A stretch of DNA of 64,000 bases from Propionigenium maris DSM 9537 (GCF_027925155.1 NZ_BSDY01000001.1:58822-122821); one strand, 5' to 3'. Positions 37,810-48,460 are shown, counted from the stretch's first letter. Numbers and translations: made by a program. Notes: generated by a model from the sequence alone, not told the origin.

Positions 37810-38781
37810 ATGTTAAGAGAGATACTTTCATTTAGCTGGCTGGACAGAGGTGTAAGAGAGCTTCTGGAATTTTTTGGCATGGATGTGGCAAGCAGAGCTG
37901 GGGGATCGGTACACTTTTTTATCTATGATGTGATAAAGATCCTAATCCTTCTATCCACCATGATATTTATAATCTCCTATATCAGGAGCTACTTCTCAGT
38001 GGAGAAGACCAGAAGAATTCTGGAAAGGATGGGAGGGATAAAAGCCCATGTGGCAGCCAGCCTGCTGGGGACGGTGACACCTTTTTGCTCATGCTCCAGT
38101 GTGCCTCTCTTTATTGGTTTTATAGAGGGGGGAATACCTCTGGGGGTAACCTTTTCCTTTCTCATAACCTCTCCCATAGTGAATGAGGCAGCTCTTGTAA
38201 TTCTTCTGGGAGCCTTTGGACCTAGGATAGCGGCTTACTATGTGGTTTCAGGAATCCTTCTGGGAGTGGCCGGAGGATACCTCATCCACATATTGAAGCT
38301 TGAGAAGTATGTAGAGGAGTATGTGTACAAGATGAAGATGGGTCAGGGTCAGGTAGGGGAGCTCACCAGGAAGGAGAGGTTTGACTTTGCCAGGGAAAAT
38401 GTAAGGGATATAGTGGGGAGGATATGGAAGTACCTCCTCATTGGTATAGGAATAGGAGCTCTTATCCACGGCTGGGCTCCGGAAGAGGTACTGTCAAAGT
38501 ATGCAGGGCCTGATAACCCACTGGCAGTTCTTCTGGCTACAATTGTAGCCATTCCCCTCTACTCCAATGCCATGGGGACAATTCCCATAGCTGAAGCTTT
38601 AATCGGTAAGGGAGTGGGAATGGGGACAGCCATGGCATTTATGATGGCGACTACAGCTCTATCTCTTCCAGAGATGATCCTTCTGAGAAAGGTGATTAAA
38701 CCAAAGCTCATAGGAGTTTTTACTGGAATTACAGGGGCTGGGATAATAGTTATTGGATATATCTTTAATATAATTATATAG
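37810..38781 (+). CDS. permease of the ArsP/DUF318 family (TPFCSCS motif)
   Basis: 323 aa, polytopic. The VTPFCSCSSVPLF motif is the hallmark of ArsP-type permeases. Confidence 0.65.
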   Translation: MLREILSFSWLDRGVRELLEFFGMDVASRAGGSVHFFIYDVIKILILLSTMIFIISYIRSYFSVEKTRRILERMGGIKAHVAASLLGTVTPFCSCSSVPLFIGFIEGGIPLGVTFSFLITSPIVNEAALVILLGAFGPRIAAYYVVSGILLGVAGGYLIHILKLEKYVEEYVYKMKMGQGQVGELTRKERFDFARENVRDIVGRIWKYLLIGIGIGALIHGWAPEEVLSKYAGPDNPLAVLLATIVAIPLYSNAMGTIPIAEALIGKGVGMGTAMAFMMATTALSLPEMILLRKVIKPKLIGVFTGITGAGIIVIGYIFNIII

Positions 38782-38791
38782 GAGGTCGGAG

Positions 38792-39019
38792 ATGGAGATA
38801 AAGGTACTGGGAACAGGGTGTAAAAAGTGTACAGCCCTCTATGAGAATGTTATGAAGGCATTGGAGGAAGAGGGGAAAGAGGCTAGTGTGGAGAAGGTAG
38901 AGGATATTGTGGGAATAATGTCTTACGGGGTTATGAGCACACCTGCTCTAGTGGTAGATGGAAAGGTTGTAGTCAGTGGAAGATCTGTGGGGACAGATGA
39001 GATAAAAAAATATTTATAA
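38792..39019 (+). CDS. thioredoxin-fold redox-active disulfide protein 2-like
   Basis: 75 aa with MEIKVLGTGCKKCTALYENV (CxxC). Confidence 0.7.
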   Translation: MEIKVLGTGCKKCTALYENVMKALEEEGKEASVEKVEDIVGIMSYGVMSTPALVVDGKVVVSGRSVGTDEIKKYL

Positions 39020-39035
39020 TATTAGGGGGGCAGAG

Positions 39036-39989
39036 ATGCAGAAGAAGAAATTATACCTGGTTACAGGTTTTTTAGGGGCAGGAAAGACAACAACTCTCAA
39101 GGAGATACTTAACAATCTCTCAGAGGGAAAGAATGCAGTAATCATGAATGAGTTTGGAAGGGTAGGGATAGACGGTAAACTCTTAGATGGCTTTGATATT
39201 GAGCTTTCAGAGATAAACAGGGGATCTATATTCTGCAGCTGTCTTCAGGTAAACTTTGTCACTGAGCTGGCAAGGATGGCTGAAACAGATGTGGATAGAG
39301 TCTTTGTAGAGGGATCAGGTCTTGCAGATCCTTCAAATATAGGGGAGATACTGGAAGCTCTTAGGATCTATATGAATGTAGATGAGATACCCTATACCTA
39401 TGGAGGAGCCATATGTGTAGTGGATGCCAGAACCTTTGAGGGAGAGGTAGGCAAGTTAGAGGCTGTTGTAAATCAGGTGGAGCAGGCTCAGATGGTGGTT
39501 GTAAATAAGATAGACCTTGTGGAGGATACATCTAAGGTAGTTGGGGGAATTAGAGAGATAAATCCCCAGGCTGAAATATGTGAGGCAGAGTATGGAAGAG
39601 TAGAAATGGACTTCTTCTCCAGGGAGGAGGACTACCTGGAAGGAATAAAAAGGAAGGAAACAACCAATACAGAGGCTACTAAGCCTAAGACCTTTACTCT
39701 CTCCACTGTAGAGGAGATAGCTATGGATGAGCTGAACGGTTTCCTAGGTGAGATAGCATCCCTTGTATACAGGGTAAAGGGATTCAGTAATGTAGAGGGG
39801 AAACTGACCAAGGTAGATATGGTGGGGGGCCGTGTGGATCTGGACAGGGATCACGGGATGTCCGAGGACTCCTCACTGGTTCTTCTCACTAAGAAGGTAG
39901 AGGATATGACCATCCCTCAGATATTAAAAGGGATAGTTGATGCCTGGGATAGAAATACCTCGGTGAAGATGAAGATAAAAAATGGTTAG
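39036..39989 (+). CDS. COG0523 (CobW/P47K) family GTPase, putative metallochaperone
   Basis: 317 aa with a P-loop GFLGAGKTT and a CobW-like CxCC-type region IFCSC. Confidence 0.75.
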   Translation: MQKKKLYLVTGFLGAGKTTTLKEILNNLSEGKNAVIMNEFGRVGIDGKLLDGFDIELSEINRGSIFCSCLQVNFVTELARMAETDVDRVFVEGSGLADPSNIGEILEALRIYMNVDEIPYTYGGAICVVDARTFEGEVGKLEAVVNQVEQAQMVVVNKIDLVEDTSKVVGGIREINPQAEICEAEYGRVEMDFFSREEDYLEGIKRKETTNTEATKPKTFTLSTVEEIAMDELNGFLGEIASLVYRVKGFSNVEGKLTKVDMVGGRVDLDRDHGMSEDSSLVLLTKKVEDMTIPQILKGIVDAWDRNTSVKMKIKNG

Positions 39990-40160
39990 TTTGTAAAAAA
40001 GTCAAAAGGAGAGCCTTTTAGGGCTCTTCTTTTAATTTAAGATTAAAAATTCTGAGGAGGTCTTCATTAATAAAAAATCATATACAAGATCGTTTGATTA
40101 TTTATGTAGGTGGAGGTAATATAGAGAGGGAGGACAGCAGAGGTAGAAGGAGGTAGAGGT

Positions 40161-40628
40161 GTGAATTATGAAGTGGTGGATATAGAGGAGAAGAGAGTTA
40201 GAGGACTGGAAGTATTTGTAGGGCGGGAGCTATATGAAGCCGATGGAATAGCTGACCTATGGATGGATCTTATTCAGAGGATGGATCTGAGCTTTATGGA
40301 CTACTCCTATGGAATTATGAGAAACTTTGACATAGAACACTTTGAATTTGATTATATGGCTGGGGTTGAGGAGGGGGTTATTGGAGATCCGCAAGATGTA
40401 GTGGAGTGGGTAATACCAGGAGGGAAGTATGCCAGGTTCTCCCAGAGAGGTCCTATGACCAGGGAATCTATAGCGAAGCTCTATGATGAGTCCTTTAAAA
40501 CTATATTTGCAGAGGGATTGATGGATGCCGGTAGGGGAATTAACTCCTTTGAGCTTTATAGTAAGGATTATATTGTATTGGGAGACAGGAAGAGTATACA
40601 CTACCTGCTTATTCCTGTAACAGGATAG
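40161..40628 (+). CDS. GyrI-like small-molecule-binding domain protein
   Basis: 155 aa starting at GTG after RBS GGAGGTAGAGG. The fold assignment is by length and pattern only. Confidence 0.45.
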   Translation: MNYEVVDIEEKRVRGLEVFVGRELYEADGIADLWMDLIQRMDLSFMDYSYGIMRNFDIEHFEFDYMAGVEEGVIGDPQDVVEWVIPGGKYARFSQRGPMTRESIAKLYDESFKTIFAEGLMDAGRGINSFELYSKDYIVLGDRKSIHYLLIPVTG

Positions 40629-40814
40629 TGAGATATACTTCAACCCTTAGGTTATACTTGGAAATATTGATTATTTTTGAAAAGCCTAACCATATAATCT
40701 ATCACATAGAGGGTAAAAGAAATTTCTCTATTTAAAAAATAAGTAAAATCAGGGTAAAAAAAAGGTATTTTTCCCTTTTCACAGAAGATAAATATAGGGC
40801 AAAGTGATTGAGGG

Positions 40815-41096
40815 GTGGTGTTTATGGAGATAATTAAGATGTATAACTATGAGATGGTGGATTTGAAGGCAGTTGTGCGAAAAATAGATAAAGAGCTAAA
40901 AAATAACAATGAAGTAGTCCTTGATTTTAATGGAATTGCAGGGGTTAACTTTTTAGAATTGGAGGAGATGTTCAGCCATATCTTTTCCAACTTTGCATAT
41001 GAGCGGATCAAGAACAGGCTAAACTTCAGAAATGTAAATCCAGTCGTAAAGTTTCTCATAGATGATATAGTTGAACAGCATAGGTGCAGGTGTTGA
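40815..41096 (+). CDS. hypothetical small protein (possibly STAS/DUF4325-like)
   Basis: 93 aa. EVVLDFNGIAGVNFLELEEMF resembles a STAS-like anti-anti-sigma core. Weak. Confidence 0.25.
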   Translation: MVFMEIIKMYNYEMVDLKAVVRKIDKELKNNNEVVLDFNGIAGVNFLELEEMFSHIFSNFAYERIKNRLNFRNVNPVVKFLIDDIVEQHRCRC

Positions 41097-41410
41097 ATAT
41101 AAGAGATGATACTGAAAATATAATAGAGATTAAAGCCTCTTGAAGGTAGCGGAATACCCCATGATTTGACAAGATGTAATATAAGTGATAAGATGTTTGT
41201 ACAGTAAATAAACAGATATGAAGTAAATCGGGTGAGTACCTGACTGGTGAGGTTTGCAATGCTTTAAGTAGTGTAGGTTCGAGCTGGCCGAAAAAAGGGA
41301 AAACTTGGCTGAAAAATATTTCTTAGAACTGGGGTTTATCCAGGGTCTCCCTTGAGGCAATGGATTATGCTATATACTATGGCATAAAGTGAGTCAACAG
41401 GCGAAACTTA

Positions 41411-41461
41411 AACACTCTAACTCTATTATCCTTGGGATAATGAGTTAGAGTGTTTTTTTTT
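41411..41461 (+). terminator. strong intrinsic terminator / attenuator 20 nt upstream of the BCCT transporter start
   Basis: A perfect 13-bp stem AACACTCTAACTC / GAGTTAGAGTGTT with a palindromic loop is followed by T9. It is preceded by a ~250-nt leader starting from the TTGACA-17-TAAGAT promoter at 41166-41194. Confidence 0.7.
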
Positions 41462-41481
41462 ACAAAACTAGGAGGTATTAC

Positions 41482-43164
41482 ATGAGAAAACTCAAAAAAC
41501 CAAAATTTGAGACAGATAAGTTTAAGGGGAAAACAAAGCTTCTCCATGCAAGAAATTTTAATAAGTTTGGATTTGATTTCCACCCAGAGGTATCTCTGAT
41601 CTCAGGGGTTCTGGTACTTTTATTTATAGGAATGACCCTAAAGGATCCAGGAGTAGCTAATGCTGCATTAATGGGGATACAGGACAAGATAACCAACAAT
41701 TTTAACTGGTTCTTTATATTCAGTGCCAACCTGTTTCTATTGTTTCCCGTTTACCTGATGTTTAGTAAGTTTGGTGAGATAAAACTAGGAGGACCAGAGG
41801 CAAAACCTGAGTTCTCCAACTTTGCCTGGTATTCCATGCTTATCAGTGCAGGAATGGGAATTGGATTAATGTTCTGGAGTGTGGGAGAACCTCTCTACCA
41901 TGCAAATACAGTGCTGCCTCTTACAGGTGGCACTTCCAACAGTGAAGCATTGGGAATGACCTTCTATCACTGGGGGTTTCATCCATGGGGGATCTACTCT
42001 CTTATAGCACTGGCTCTGGCATTCTTTGCTTATAACAGGGGACTCCCTCTTTCATTGAGATCGGTATTTTATCCAATATTCAAGGACAGAGTATTTGGCT
42101 GGGTAGGAGATATCATTGATATAAGTGCAGTTATATCCTGCTTATTTGGTCTGGCAACCTCTCTGGGGTTTGGAGCTCAGCAGATAAATGCAGGACTTAA
42201 CTATCTCTTTGGTGTTCCAAAAAGTGCTGGTATACAGGTTACAATTATTGTTGTTATCACCTGCATTGCCACCCTCTCCGTTGTTTCTGGAATAGGTAAG
42301 GGGGTAAGGATCCTATCGGAGCTCAATATGAGAGTGGCAGGTCTATTTCTTATAATGATGATTGTCCTGGGGCCCACTCTGTTTATACTGAGATCCTTTA
42401 ATAACGGAATTGGTTACTATCTAAATAACTTTATTTCTATCAGTTTTTTCAGTGAGAACGGAAATGCATGGCAGGGAAGCTGGACTATATTCTACTGGGC
42501 ATGGTGGATATCCTGGTCACCATTTGTAGGAATGTTTATAGCAAGGATATCCAAGGGAAGAAGTGTAAGGGAGTTTGTTACAGCTATCCTTATAATCCCG
42601 ACTCTTCTGAGTTTTATCTGGATGACTACCTTTGGCGGAACAGCCTTATTTCAGAATGCAGCAAGTAGCGGTCAGCTTTTTGATGCGGTGCAGGGAGATA
42701 TTTCAACGGCACTTTTTGCTATGATACAGGGGATGGGGATCTCTGGAGGACTAAAGGGAGCCCTTTCCATAATAGGAACCTTCCTGGTAATCTCATTCTT
42801 TGTTACTTCCTCCGATTCAGGATCCCTTGTTGTGGATAACCTTACATCTGGAGGAAAGCTGGATTCGCCGGTATTTCAGAGGGTATTCTGGGCGGTGCTC
42901 CAGGGGGCTATAGCAGCAACTCTTCTTATAGTAGGAGGAAGTAATGCACTAAATGCTCTTCAGACTGGGGTAATTATCTCTGGACTCCCATTTACAGTTA
43001 TTCTTCTGGCTATGATGTATAGTTTACATGTGGGACTGAGAAATGACCTGAGCAAACTAAAGAAATACAGAGAGGACAAGCTGGCTATAAAGCTATTCAA
43101 TCAAAAGATAAAGGGGTCCTTTATGGCTGATGAAAAGGTCAGGGAGAGGATGATCAATAAGTAG
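41482..43164 (+). CDS. BCCT family (betaine/carnitine/choline) transporter
   Basis: 560 aa with BCCT signature regions (FWSVGEPLYH, WTIFYWAWWISWSPFVGMFIARIS). Confidence 0.85.
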   Translation: MRKLKKPKFETDKFKGKTKLLHARNFNKFGFDFHPEVSLISGVLVLLFIGMTLKDPGVANAALMGIQDKITNNFNWFFIFSANLFLLFPVYLMFSKFGEIKLGGPEAKPEFSNFAWYSMLISAGMGIGLMFWSVGEPLYHANTVLPLTGGTSNSEALGMTFYHWGFHPWGIYSLIALALAFFAYNRGLPLSLRSVFYPIFKDRVFGWVGDIIDISAVISCLFGLATSLGFGAQQINAGLNYLFGVPKSAGIQVTIIVVITCIATLSVVSGIGKGVRILSELNMRVAGLFLIMMIVLGPTLFILRSFNNGIGYYLNNFISISFFSENGNAWQGSWTIFYWAWWISWSPFVGMFIARISKGRSVREFVTAILIIPTLLSFIWMTTFGGTALFQNAASSGQLFDAVQGDISTALFAMIQGMGISGGLKGALSIIGTFLVISFFVTSSDSGSLVVDNLTSGGKLDSPVFQRVFWAVLQGAIAATLLIVGGSNALNALQTGVIISGLPFTVILLAMMYSLHVGLRNDLSKLKKYREDKLAIKLFNQKIKGSFMADEKVRERMINK

Positions 43165-43319
43165 AAGACGGGGAGCATAAGCTCCCCTTTTTTATTACCT
43201 TTTTTCTCTTTCAAAATAGTAGTATGAGGGAATAGGCCACTCTTTTTTTAACTCATATTGACTATACTATATTTAAGAGGTATCAATGTGGTGGAAATTA
43301 TACAGGAGGAGGGAATAGA

Positions 43320-44039
43320 ATGAAAAAACCTATAATTGGAATAACTTCAGCTTACGAAAAGGAGAGGGAGCTGAAGAACTACCATAGAACTACAGTGTGC
43401 ATAGACTATGCCAAATCCATAGCTGAGGCAGGGGGGATCCCTTTAGTAATACCTACCCTTGAGAACAGGGAGGATATAAGAGCCCAACTTGAAATGCTGG
43501 ACGGACTTCTTCTCTCTGGAGGAGAAGATATAAACCCCCAATACTATAATGAGGATTTTATGGAGGGAATGGGTCTTGTATCTCCAGAAAGAGACAAAAA
43601 TGAGTGGACAATACTGGAGGAATTTCTACCCACAGGAAAACCCATATTAGGAGTGTGCAGGGGGATGCAGCTGTTAAATATTTTTTATGGAGGTAGTCTG
43701 TATCAGGATATGAAACATATTTCAGGGGACCTTCTGAAGCATAGGCAGGATTTTCTCCCTGAGCTAAAAGTTCACAGGGTAAAGCTTGAAGAGGACAGCA
43801 TCCTGGGAAGATTATTTGGGGAGGTGGTGCTGACCAATTCATTTCATCACCAGGCTATAGACAGGTTGGGGGAGGACCTTAAGGTAATAGGTAGAACCTC
43901 CGATGACATAATAGAAGCTATAGAGGGGAAGAGAAAGGAGTTCCTATTGGGGGTGCAGTGGCACCCAGAGATGATGAGTGCCAGAGGGAACAAGGAAATG
44001 TTAAGGATATTTAAAGAATTTGTAGAAAGTAGCAAGTAA
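43320..44039 (+). CDS. gamma-glutamyl-GABA hydrolase-like class I amidotransferase (peptidase C26)
   Basis: 239 aa with GVCRGMQLLN (Cys) and QWHPEMM (His). Confidence 0.75.
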   Translation: MKKPIIGITSAYEKERELKNYHRTTVCIDYAKSIAEAGGIPLVIPTLENREDIRAQLEMLDGLLLSGGEDINPQYYNEDFMEGMGLVSPERDKNEWTILEEFLPTGKPILGVCRGMQLLNIFYGGSLYQDMKHISGDLLKHRQDFLPELKVHRVKLEEDSILGRLFGEVVLTNSFHHQAIDRLGEDLKVIGRTSDDIIEAIEGKRKEFLLGVQWHPEMMSARGNKEMLRIFKEFVESSK

Positions 44040-44231
44040 AGAGGAAAGAGTATAGAAAAAATTAGAGCTAAATAAGGTTATTTAAAACCTTCTTCACTTA
44101 AGTTTTGATGGAGGTTTTTTATTAAAAGCAAAGGAAAAGGTGAGGAGCAGTTAAAGTCCCTTGCTTTTGGTAAAGGAATTAAGTAGACTCTTAGGGGCTT
44201 TAAGGATAACTTGTAGTGAAGGGAGAGGTAA

Positions 44232-45113
44232 ATGACAAGGAGCAGGGCAAATCTTATGATCCTATTGGCAACTATATTTTGGGGAACATCATATACCCTC
44301 ACTAAGGTCGGTTTGGGAAGTTTTGGAGTATTCAACCTCATAGCTATTCGTTTTCTGTTGGGGTTTGGAGTAGCAGCACTTGTTCTGAGAAGGCATATGG
44401 TGATAAAAAGAAAGGTTCTATACTATTCCATAGGGCTGGGAACTCTTTTATTTATGGCTTTTACTACTATGACACTTGCCTTAAAGTACACAACAGCTTC
44501 CAACGTAGGATTTCTTGTGGGATCCCTTGTAGTTATTATACCCATTATCTCCTTTCTAATCCTTAGGGAAAAGATAGAGAGAAGGGTGATGTTTGCATCT
44601 CCAGTTGCCTTTCTTGGAATAACTCTCATAACAATGAATGGAGGGGTGACTATGAATAGAGGAGATCTCCTAGCTCTTCTTTGTGCCGGATTTTTTGCCC
44701 TTCATATAGTATTCACAGGAAAACTGACGAAAAGGGTAGACTCTCTATCCCTTGGAGTATTACAGCTGGGAGTTGTGGGAGGAATGAGTCTTCCTGTTGC
44801 TCTGTTCAGCGAGGATTTTCAGCTTCCACCAAGTGTAAACCTTTGGATTATTGTGTTATTTCTGAGTATCATGTCTACAGCCTTTGGTTATGTTACTCAG
44901 ACTGTAGCTCAGCAGGAGACTCCTCCTGAGGTAGCAGGAGTTATTATCTCTCTGGAACCGCTCTTCTCCGCTGTGGTGGCATACAGTGTTTTAGGAGAGG
45001 TAATGAGTATTCAGGGGATTATAGGGGGCTGTATACTTCTAGGAAGTATACTACTAGTCCAGGTAGAACCTCTTAAAATAAAGGGAGCTTTATTTAAAAA
45101 GCAGGTTTTTTAA
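44232..45113 (+). CDS. DMT superfamily (EamA-like) transporter
   Basis: 293 aa with 10 TM helices and two EamA repeats. Confidence 0.7.
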   Translation: MTRSRANLMILLATIFWGTSYTLTKVGLGSFGVFNLIAIRFLLGFGVAALVLRRHMVIKRKVLYYSIGLGTLLFMAFTTMTLALKYTTASNVGFLVGSLVVIIPIISFLILREKIERRVMFASPVAFLGITLITMNGGVTMNRGDLLALLCAGFFALHIVFTGKLTKRVDSLSLGVLQLGVVGGMSLPVALFSEDFQLPPSVNLWIIVLFLSIMSTAFGYVTQTVAQQETPPEVAGVIISLEPLFSAVVAYSVLGEVMSIQGIIGGCILLGSILLVQVEPLKIKGALFKKQVF

Positions 45114-45436
45114 AAAAGTTCTCCTCCTTATTTTAATTTTGAGGGTTAAAGGTTCAGTGTCTTTTTTAGAAAAAAATAAAAACAAAAACTTGACATTAAA
45201 ACTAATTAGTAGTAATCTTGTTCGTGAGAAGGACAGAGTATTCTAAAAACCATTCTGAGAAGAGAAGAAAATGCATTCAAATGAAGTTCTATAATTTTTT
45301 TGCTCAATTACAACTAACTAGTATTATATTTTTTAGGTGTTTTCTTGAATTTTTGGCATATACACTTATATTTTGATTATTCTGTTAATAAAATTCTATA
45401 TTTTTTTATGTAAATACTACTAATTAGTAGGAGGTT

Positions 45437-46285
45437 TTGGAGTTGATTGGGATTATAGGAAGTGGTAAATTGGGAGTTTCCCTTGGAAGATACTTTAAAA
45501 ATGGAGGGTTCTCTATCAGTGGGATCTATGGAATAGACTTAAAGGGGGCTAGAAAAGGCTCGGAAATGATAGGAACAAGAAACTTTTCTTCTGTTAAAAA
45601 ACTACTAACTAGTAGCAAAATAGTGATGGTAGCTGTACCAGATGACCAGATAAGCAGGGTGTGGGAGGAGATAAAGGGAAAAGAGATATCGGGAAAGGTG
45701 GTATTTCATACAAGTGGTACCCTTTCTTCCACAATTTTTAAGGGTGCTGAGAAGTATGGGGTGAAGGCAGCTTCACTCCATCCTATGATGACTTTTTCAG
45801 ACAGGAATACTGAGATCCAAAGGATGAAAAGTATGACCATTGCTCTAGAGGGGGAATGCAGGGAGCTGGAGGAGATAATTAAGGTGCTTGGCAACAACTG
45901 CTTTAAGGTAGACGCACAGAGCAAGGTCAGATACCATCTAGGAGGTGTTTATGCCTGTAACCTTATCCTTCCTATGGTGAGCAGGGGGATTGAAAATCTC
46001 ATGATGTGTGGATTAAAGGAGGCGGAGGCGAAGACTATCCTGATGCCCCTTATTGAAAAGACCGTAGATAATATTAAATTAAAGGGAGTAAGGGGAGCTG
46101 TGAGTGGCCCACTGGAAAGGGGGGACATAGGGACCATAGAAAAGCACCTGGAGTGTCAGGACATCAGGGAGAGGAAGTTATATATTGAGGGATCCAAGGA
46201 ACTTCTAAAGATACTTGATAGAAGGGATGAAAAAATAGAAAAATTACTGGGGGATGAGGATGAAAAATACAGTTGTAACATTTAA
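45437..46285 (+). CDS. Rossmann-fold NADP oxidoreductase (DUF2520-like), candidate ketopantoate reductase
   Basis: 282 aa with N-terminal [10 protein letters not shown]. It starts at TTG after AGGAGG and sits directly upstream of, and overlapping, panB. Confidence 0.55.
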   Translation: MELIGIIGSGKLGVSLGRYFKNGGFSISGIYGIDLKGARKGSEMIGTRNFSSVKKLLTSSKIVMVAVPDDQISRVWEEIKGKEISGKVVFHTSGTLSSTIFKGAEKYGVKAASLHPMMTFSDRNTEIQRMKSMTIALEGECRELEEIIKVLGNNCFKVDAQSKVRYHLGGVYACNLILPMVSRGIENLMMCGLKEAEAKTILMPLIEKTVDNIKLKGVRGAVSGPLERGDIGTIEKHLECQDIRERKLYIEGSKELLKILDRRDEKIEKLLGDEDEKYSCNI

Positions 46286-47087
46286 AAGGGATAAGGCAGA
46301 GGGGAGAAAACTCTCTATGGTAACAGCATATGATTATACCATGGCTAAGATTATAGATGAAACGGAGATAAATGGTATCCTGGTAGGGGACTCCCTTGGA
46401 ATGGTGACTCTGGGATATGATTCTACACTGGCTGTCAGAGTGGAGGATATGATCCACCATGGAAAAGCAGTGATGAGAGGGGTGAAGGATACTTTAGTAG
46501 TTATTGATATGCCATTTATGTCATACCACAATACCCTGGAGGAGGCTGTGGCCAATGCAGGAAGGATTATCAAGGAAACAGGGGCTCACTCTGTTAAGTT
46601 AGAGGGGGGAAGAGAGATAATCCACAAGGTAAAAGCCATAGTAGAGGCTCAAATACCTGTAATGGGACACCTGGGACTCACTCCCCAGTCCCTGAATATA
46701 ATGGGTGGATTTAAGGTACAGGGAAAGAGCGAGGAAGCTGCTAGAAAGATAATAGAAGATGCCAAGGCTTTGGAGGAAGCAGGAGCCTTTGCTATAGTTT
46801 TAGAGTGTATTCCAGAGAAGCTGGCTGAACTGGTTGAAAGAAGTGTGTCCATTCCAACCATAGGCATAGGATCAGGAGGAGTTTGCAGTGGTCAAATACT
46901 GGTCTACCAGGATATGCTGAATATGTATGGGGATTTTAAGCCTAAATTTGTAAAGACCTTTGCAGATGCAGGAAGTGTTATGAGGGAGGGCTTTAATACC
47001 TATATAAGAGAGGTCAGAGAGGGGACCTTTCCTGGAGAGGAGCATACCTTTAAGATAAAGGATGATGTGCTGGAAAAACTATACTAG
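46254..47087 (+). CDS. panB: 3-methyl-2-oxobutanoate hydroxymethyltransferase
   Basis: 277 aa with [21 protein letters not shown] and VKLEGG. Confidence 0.9.
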   Translation: MRMKNTVVTFKRDKAEGRKLSMVTAYDYTMAKIIDETEINGILVGDSLGMVTLGYDSTLAVRVEDMIHHGKAVMRGVKDTLVVIDMPFMSYHNTLEEAVANAGRIIKETGAHSVKLEGGREIIHKVKAIVEAQIPVMGHLGLTPQSLNIMGGFKVQGKSEEAARKIIEDAKALEEAGAFAIVLECIPEKLAELVERSVSIPTIGIGSGGVCSGQILVYQDMLNMYGDFKPKFVKTFADAGSVMREGFNTYIREVREGTFPGEEHTFKIKDDVLEKLY

Positions 47088-47097
47088 GAGGAGTGAA

Positions 47098-47940
47098 ATG
47101 AAGGTTGCAGAGATGATAGGAGAGGTAAGGAAGATAGTGGAGTCCTGGAGGAAGGAGGGCTTGAGTGTGGGACTCGTACCCACTATGGGTTATCTCCACC
47201 TGGGGCATGAAAGCCTTATAGAAAAGGCTGTGGAGGAAAACGACAGGGTAGTGGTAACTATTTTTGTTAATCCTGCCCAATTTGACAGGGCAGAGGATCT
47301 GGAAAACTATCCAGTTAAAACTGAGGAGGATCTAAAGATAATTGAAAAAATTGGGGGAGCTCTGGTATTTCTTCCAGATGCCACAGAGATCTATCCAGAG
47401 GGCTTTAATACAGTGTTGGAGGTAGAGGAGCTTGACAAAGAGCTATGTGGGGCTACAAGACCGGGGCACTTCAGAGGAGTGTGTACCATAGTAAACAAAC
47501 TCTTTAATATTGTAGGGCCTACCAGGGCCTACTTTGGAGAGAAGGACTACCAGCAGCTTGCTATAATCAGGAGGATGGTGACCGACCTGAATATGCCTGT
47601 GGAAATTATAGGTTGCCCAATTGTGAGGGACGAAGATGGACTGGCACTAAGTTCAAGGAATGCCAGACTCTCAGCCGATAAAAGAGAAAAAGCTCTTATT
47701 CTCAGCAGAACATTGAGAGAGTTGAAGGAGAGAGTTGCAGAAGGGGAGAGAGAGACCTCTAAACTTATAAGATGGGCTATAGAGAGGATAGAGAAGGTTC
47801 CCCAGGCAAGAGTGGATTATTTTGAAGTGGTGGACCGAGAGACCCTTCAAAGGCTGGATGTAGTAGAATCTGGTGGTGTAGTAGCAGCCGCGGTGTTTAT
47901 AGGTAAGGTAAGATTAATAGACAATATATTAGTGGGGTAG
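47098..47940 (+). CDS. panC: pantoate--beta-alanine ligase
   Basis: LVPTMGYLHLGHESLI. The ATG at 47098 follows AGGAGG; the ORF-track start at 47062 overlaps panB and is unlikely. Confidence 0.9.
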   Translation: MKVAEMIGEVRKIVESWRKEGLSVGLVPTMGYLHLGHESLIEKAVEENDRVVVTIFVNPAQFDRAEDLENYPVKTEEDLKIIEKIGGALVFLPDATEIYPEGFNTVLEVEELDKELCGATRPGHFRGVCTIVNKLFNIVGPTRAYFGEKDYQQLAIIRRMVTDLNMPVEIIGCPIVRDEDGLALSSRNARLSADKREKALILSRTLRELKERVAEGERETSKLIRWAIERIEKVPQARVDYFEVVDRETLQRLDVVESGGVVAAAVFIGKVRLIDNILVG

Positions 47941-47944
47941 ATAG

Positions 47945-48325
47945 ATGAGACTAAAGATGTTAAAGGGAAAGATACACAGAGCTACTGTAACCCAGGCGGA
48001 ACTACACTATGTGGGAAGTATTACACTGGATAGGAAGCTTATGAAAGCATCTGGTATTGTAGAGTATGAACTGGTTCATATAGTGGATATAGATAATGGA
48101 GCCAGGTTTGAGACCTATGTAATAGCCGGAGAGGATGAGGGAATAGTGTGTCTCAATGGGGCTGCAGCAAGGATGGTCCAGCCAGGGGACAGGGTAATAA
48201 TAATGGCCTATTGTGAGCTAGATGAGGAGGAAGTGAAGGGCCATAGTCCAAAGGTTGTACTTCTGGGGGAGAATAATAGGGTGGATAGGATTACCTCCTA
48301 TGAAAAACACGGGAAATTGGCATAG
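47945..48325 (+). CDS. panD: aspartate 1-decarboxylase
   Basis: 126 aa with [12 protein letters not shown] and the pyruvoyl-forming GSIT. Confidence 0.85.
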   Translation: MRLKMLKGKIHRATVTQAELHYVGSITLDRKLMKASGIVEYELVHIVDIDNGARFETYVIAGEDEGIVCLNGAAARMVQPGDRVIIMAYCELDEEEVKGHSPKVVLLGENNRVDRITSYEKHGKLA

Positions 48326-48460
48326 ATTCTAAAAAGTTACTATAAAAAAAGAGGGTAAAAAAATGCTGTACTTAGGGGTACAGCATTTTTTAATATTTAA
48401 ATAAAATCTTTTGTTGGGTTTCATAGATTTTTCTGAATACCTTTAACAAAAGGTAAAGAG

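Noticed and set aside
41190-41230. The BCCT leader as a T-box, because of the GGGTGAGTACC similarity to the T-box GGGTGGTACC.
   Set aside because: The motif lies about 200 nt upstream of the terminator rather than in an antiterminator adjacent to it, and no specifier-loop/Stem I features were found.
41270-41290. GGTTCGAGCTGG resembles a tRNA T-loop (GGTTCGA).
   Set aside because: No cloverleaf can be built around it. It lies inside the BCCT leader and is noted only as a leader feature.
47062-47097. The ORF-track start of panC at 47062 would give [12 protein letters not shown]... and overlap panB.
   Set aside because: AGGAGG followed by ATG at 47098 gives the canonical PanC N-terminus MKVAEMIGEV. 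The upstream extension lies within the panB coding end.
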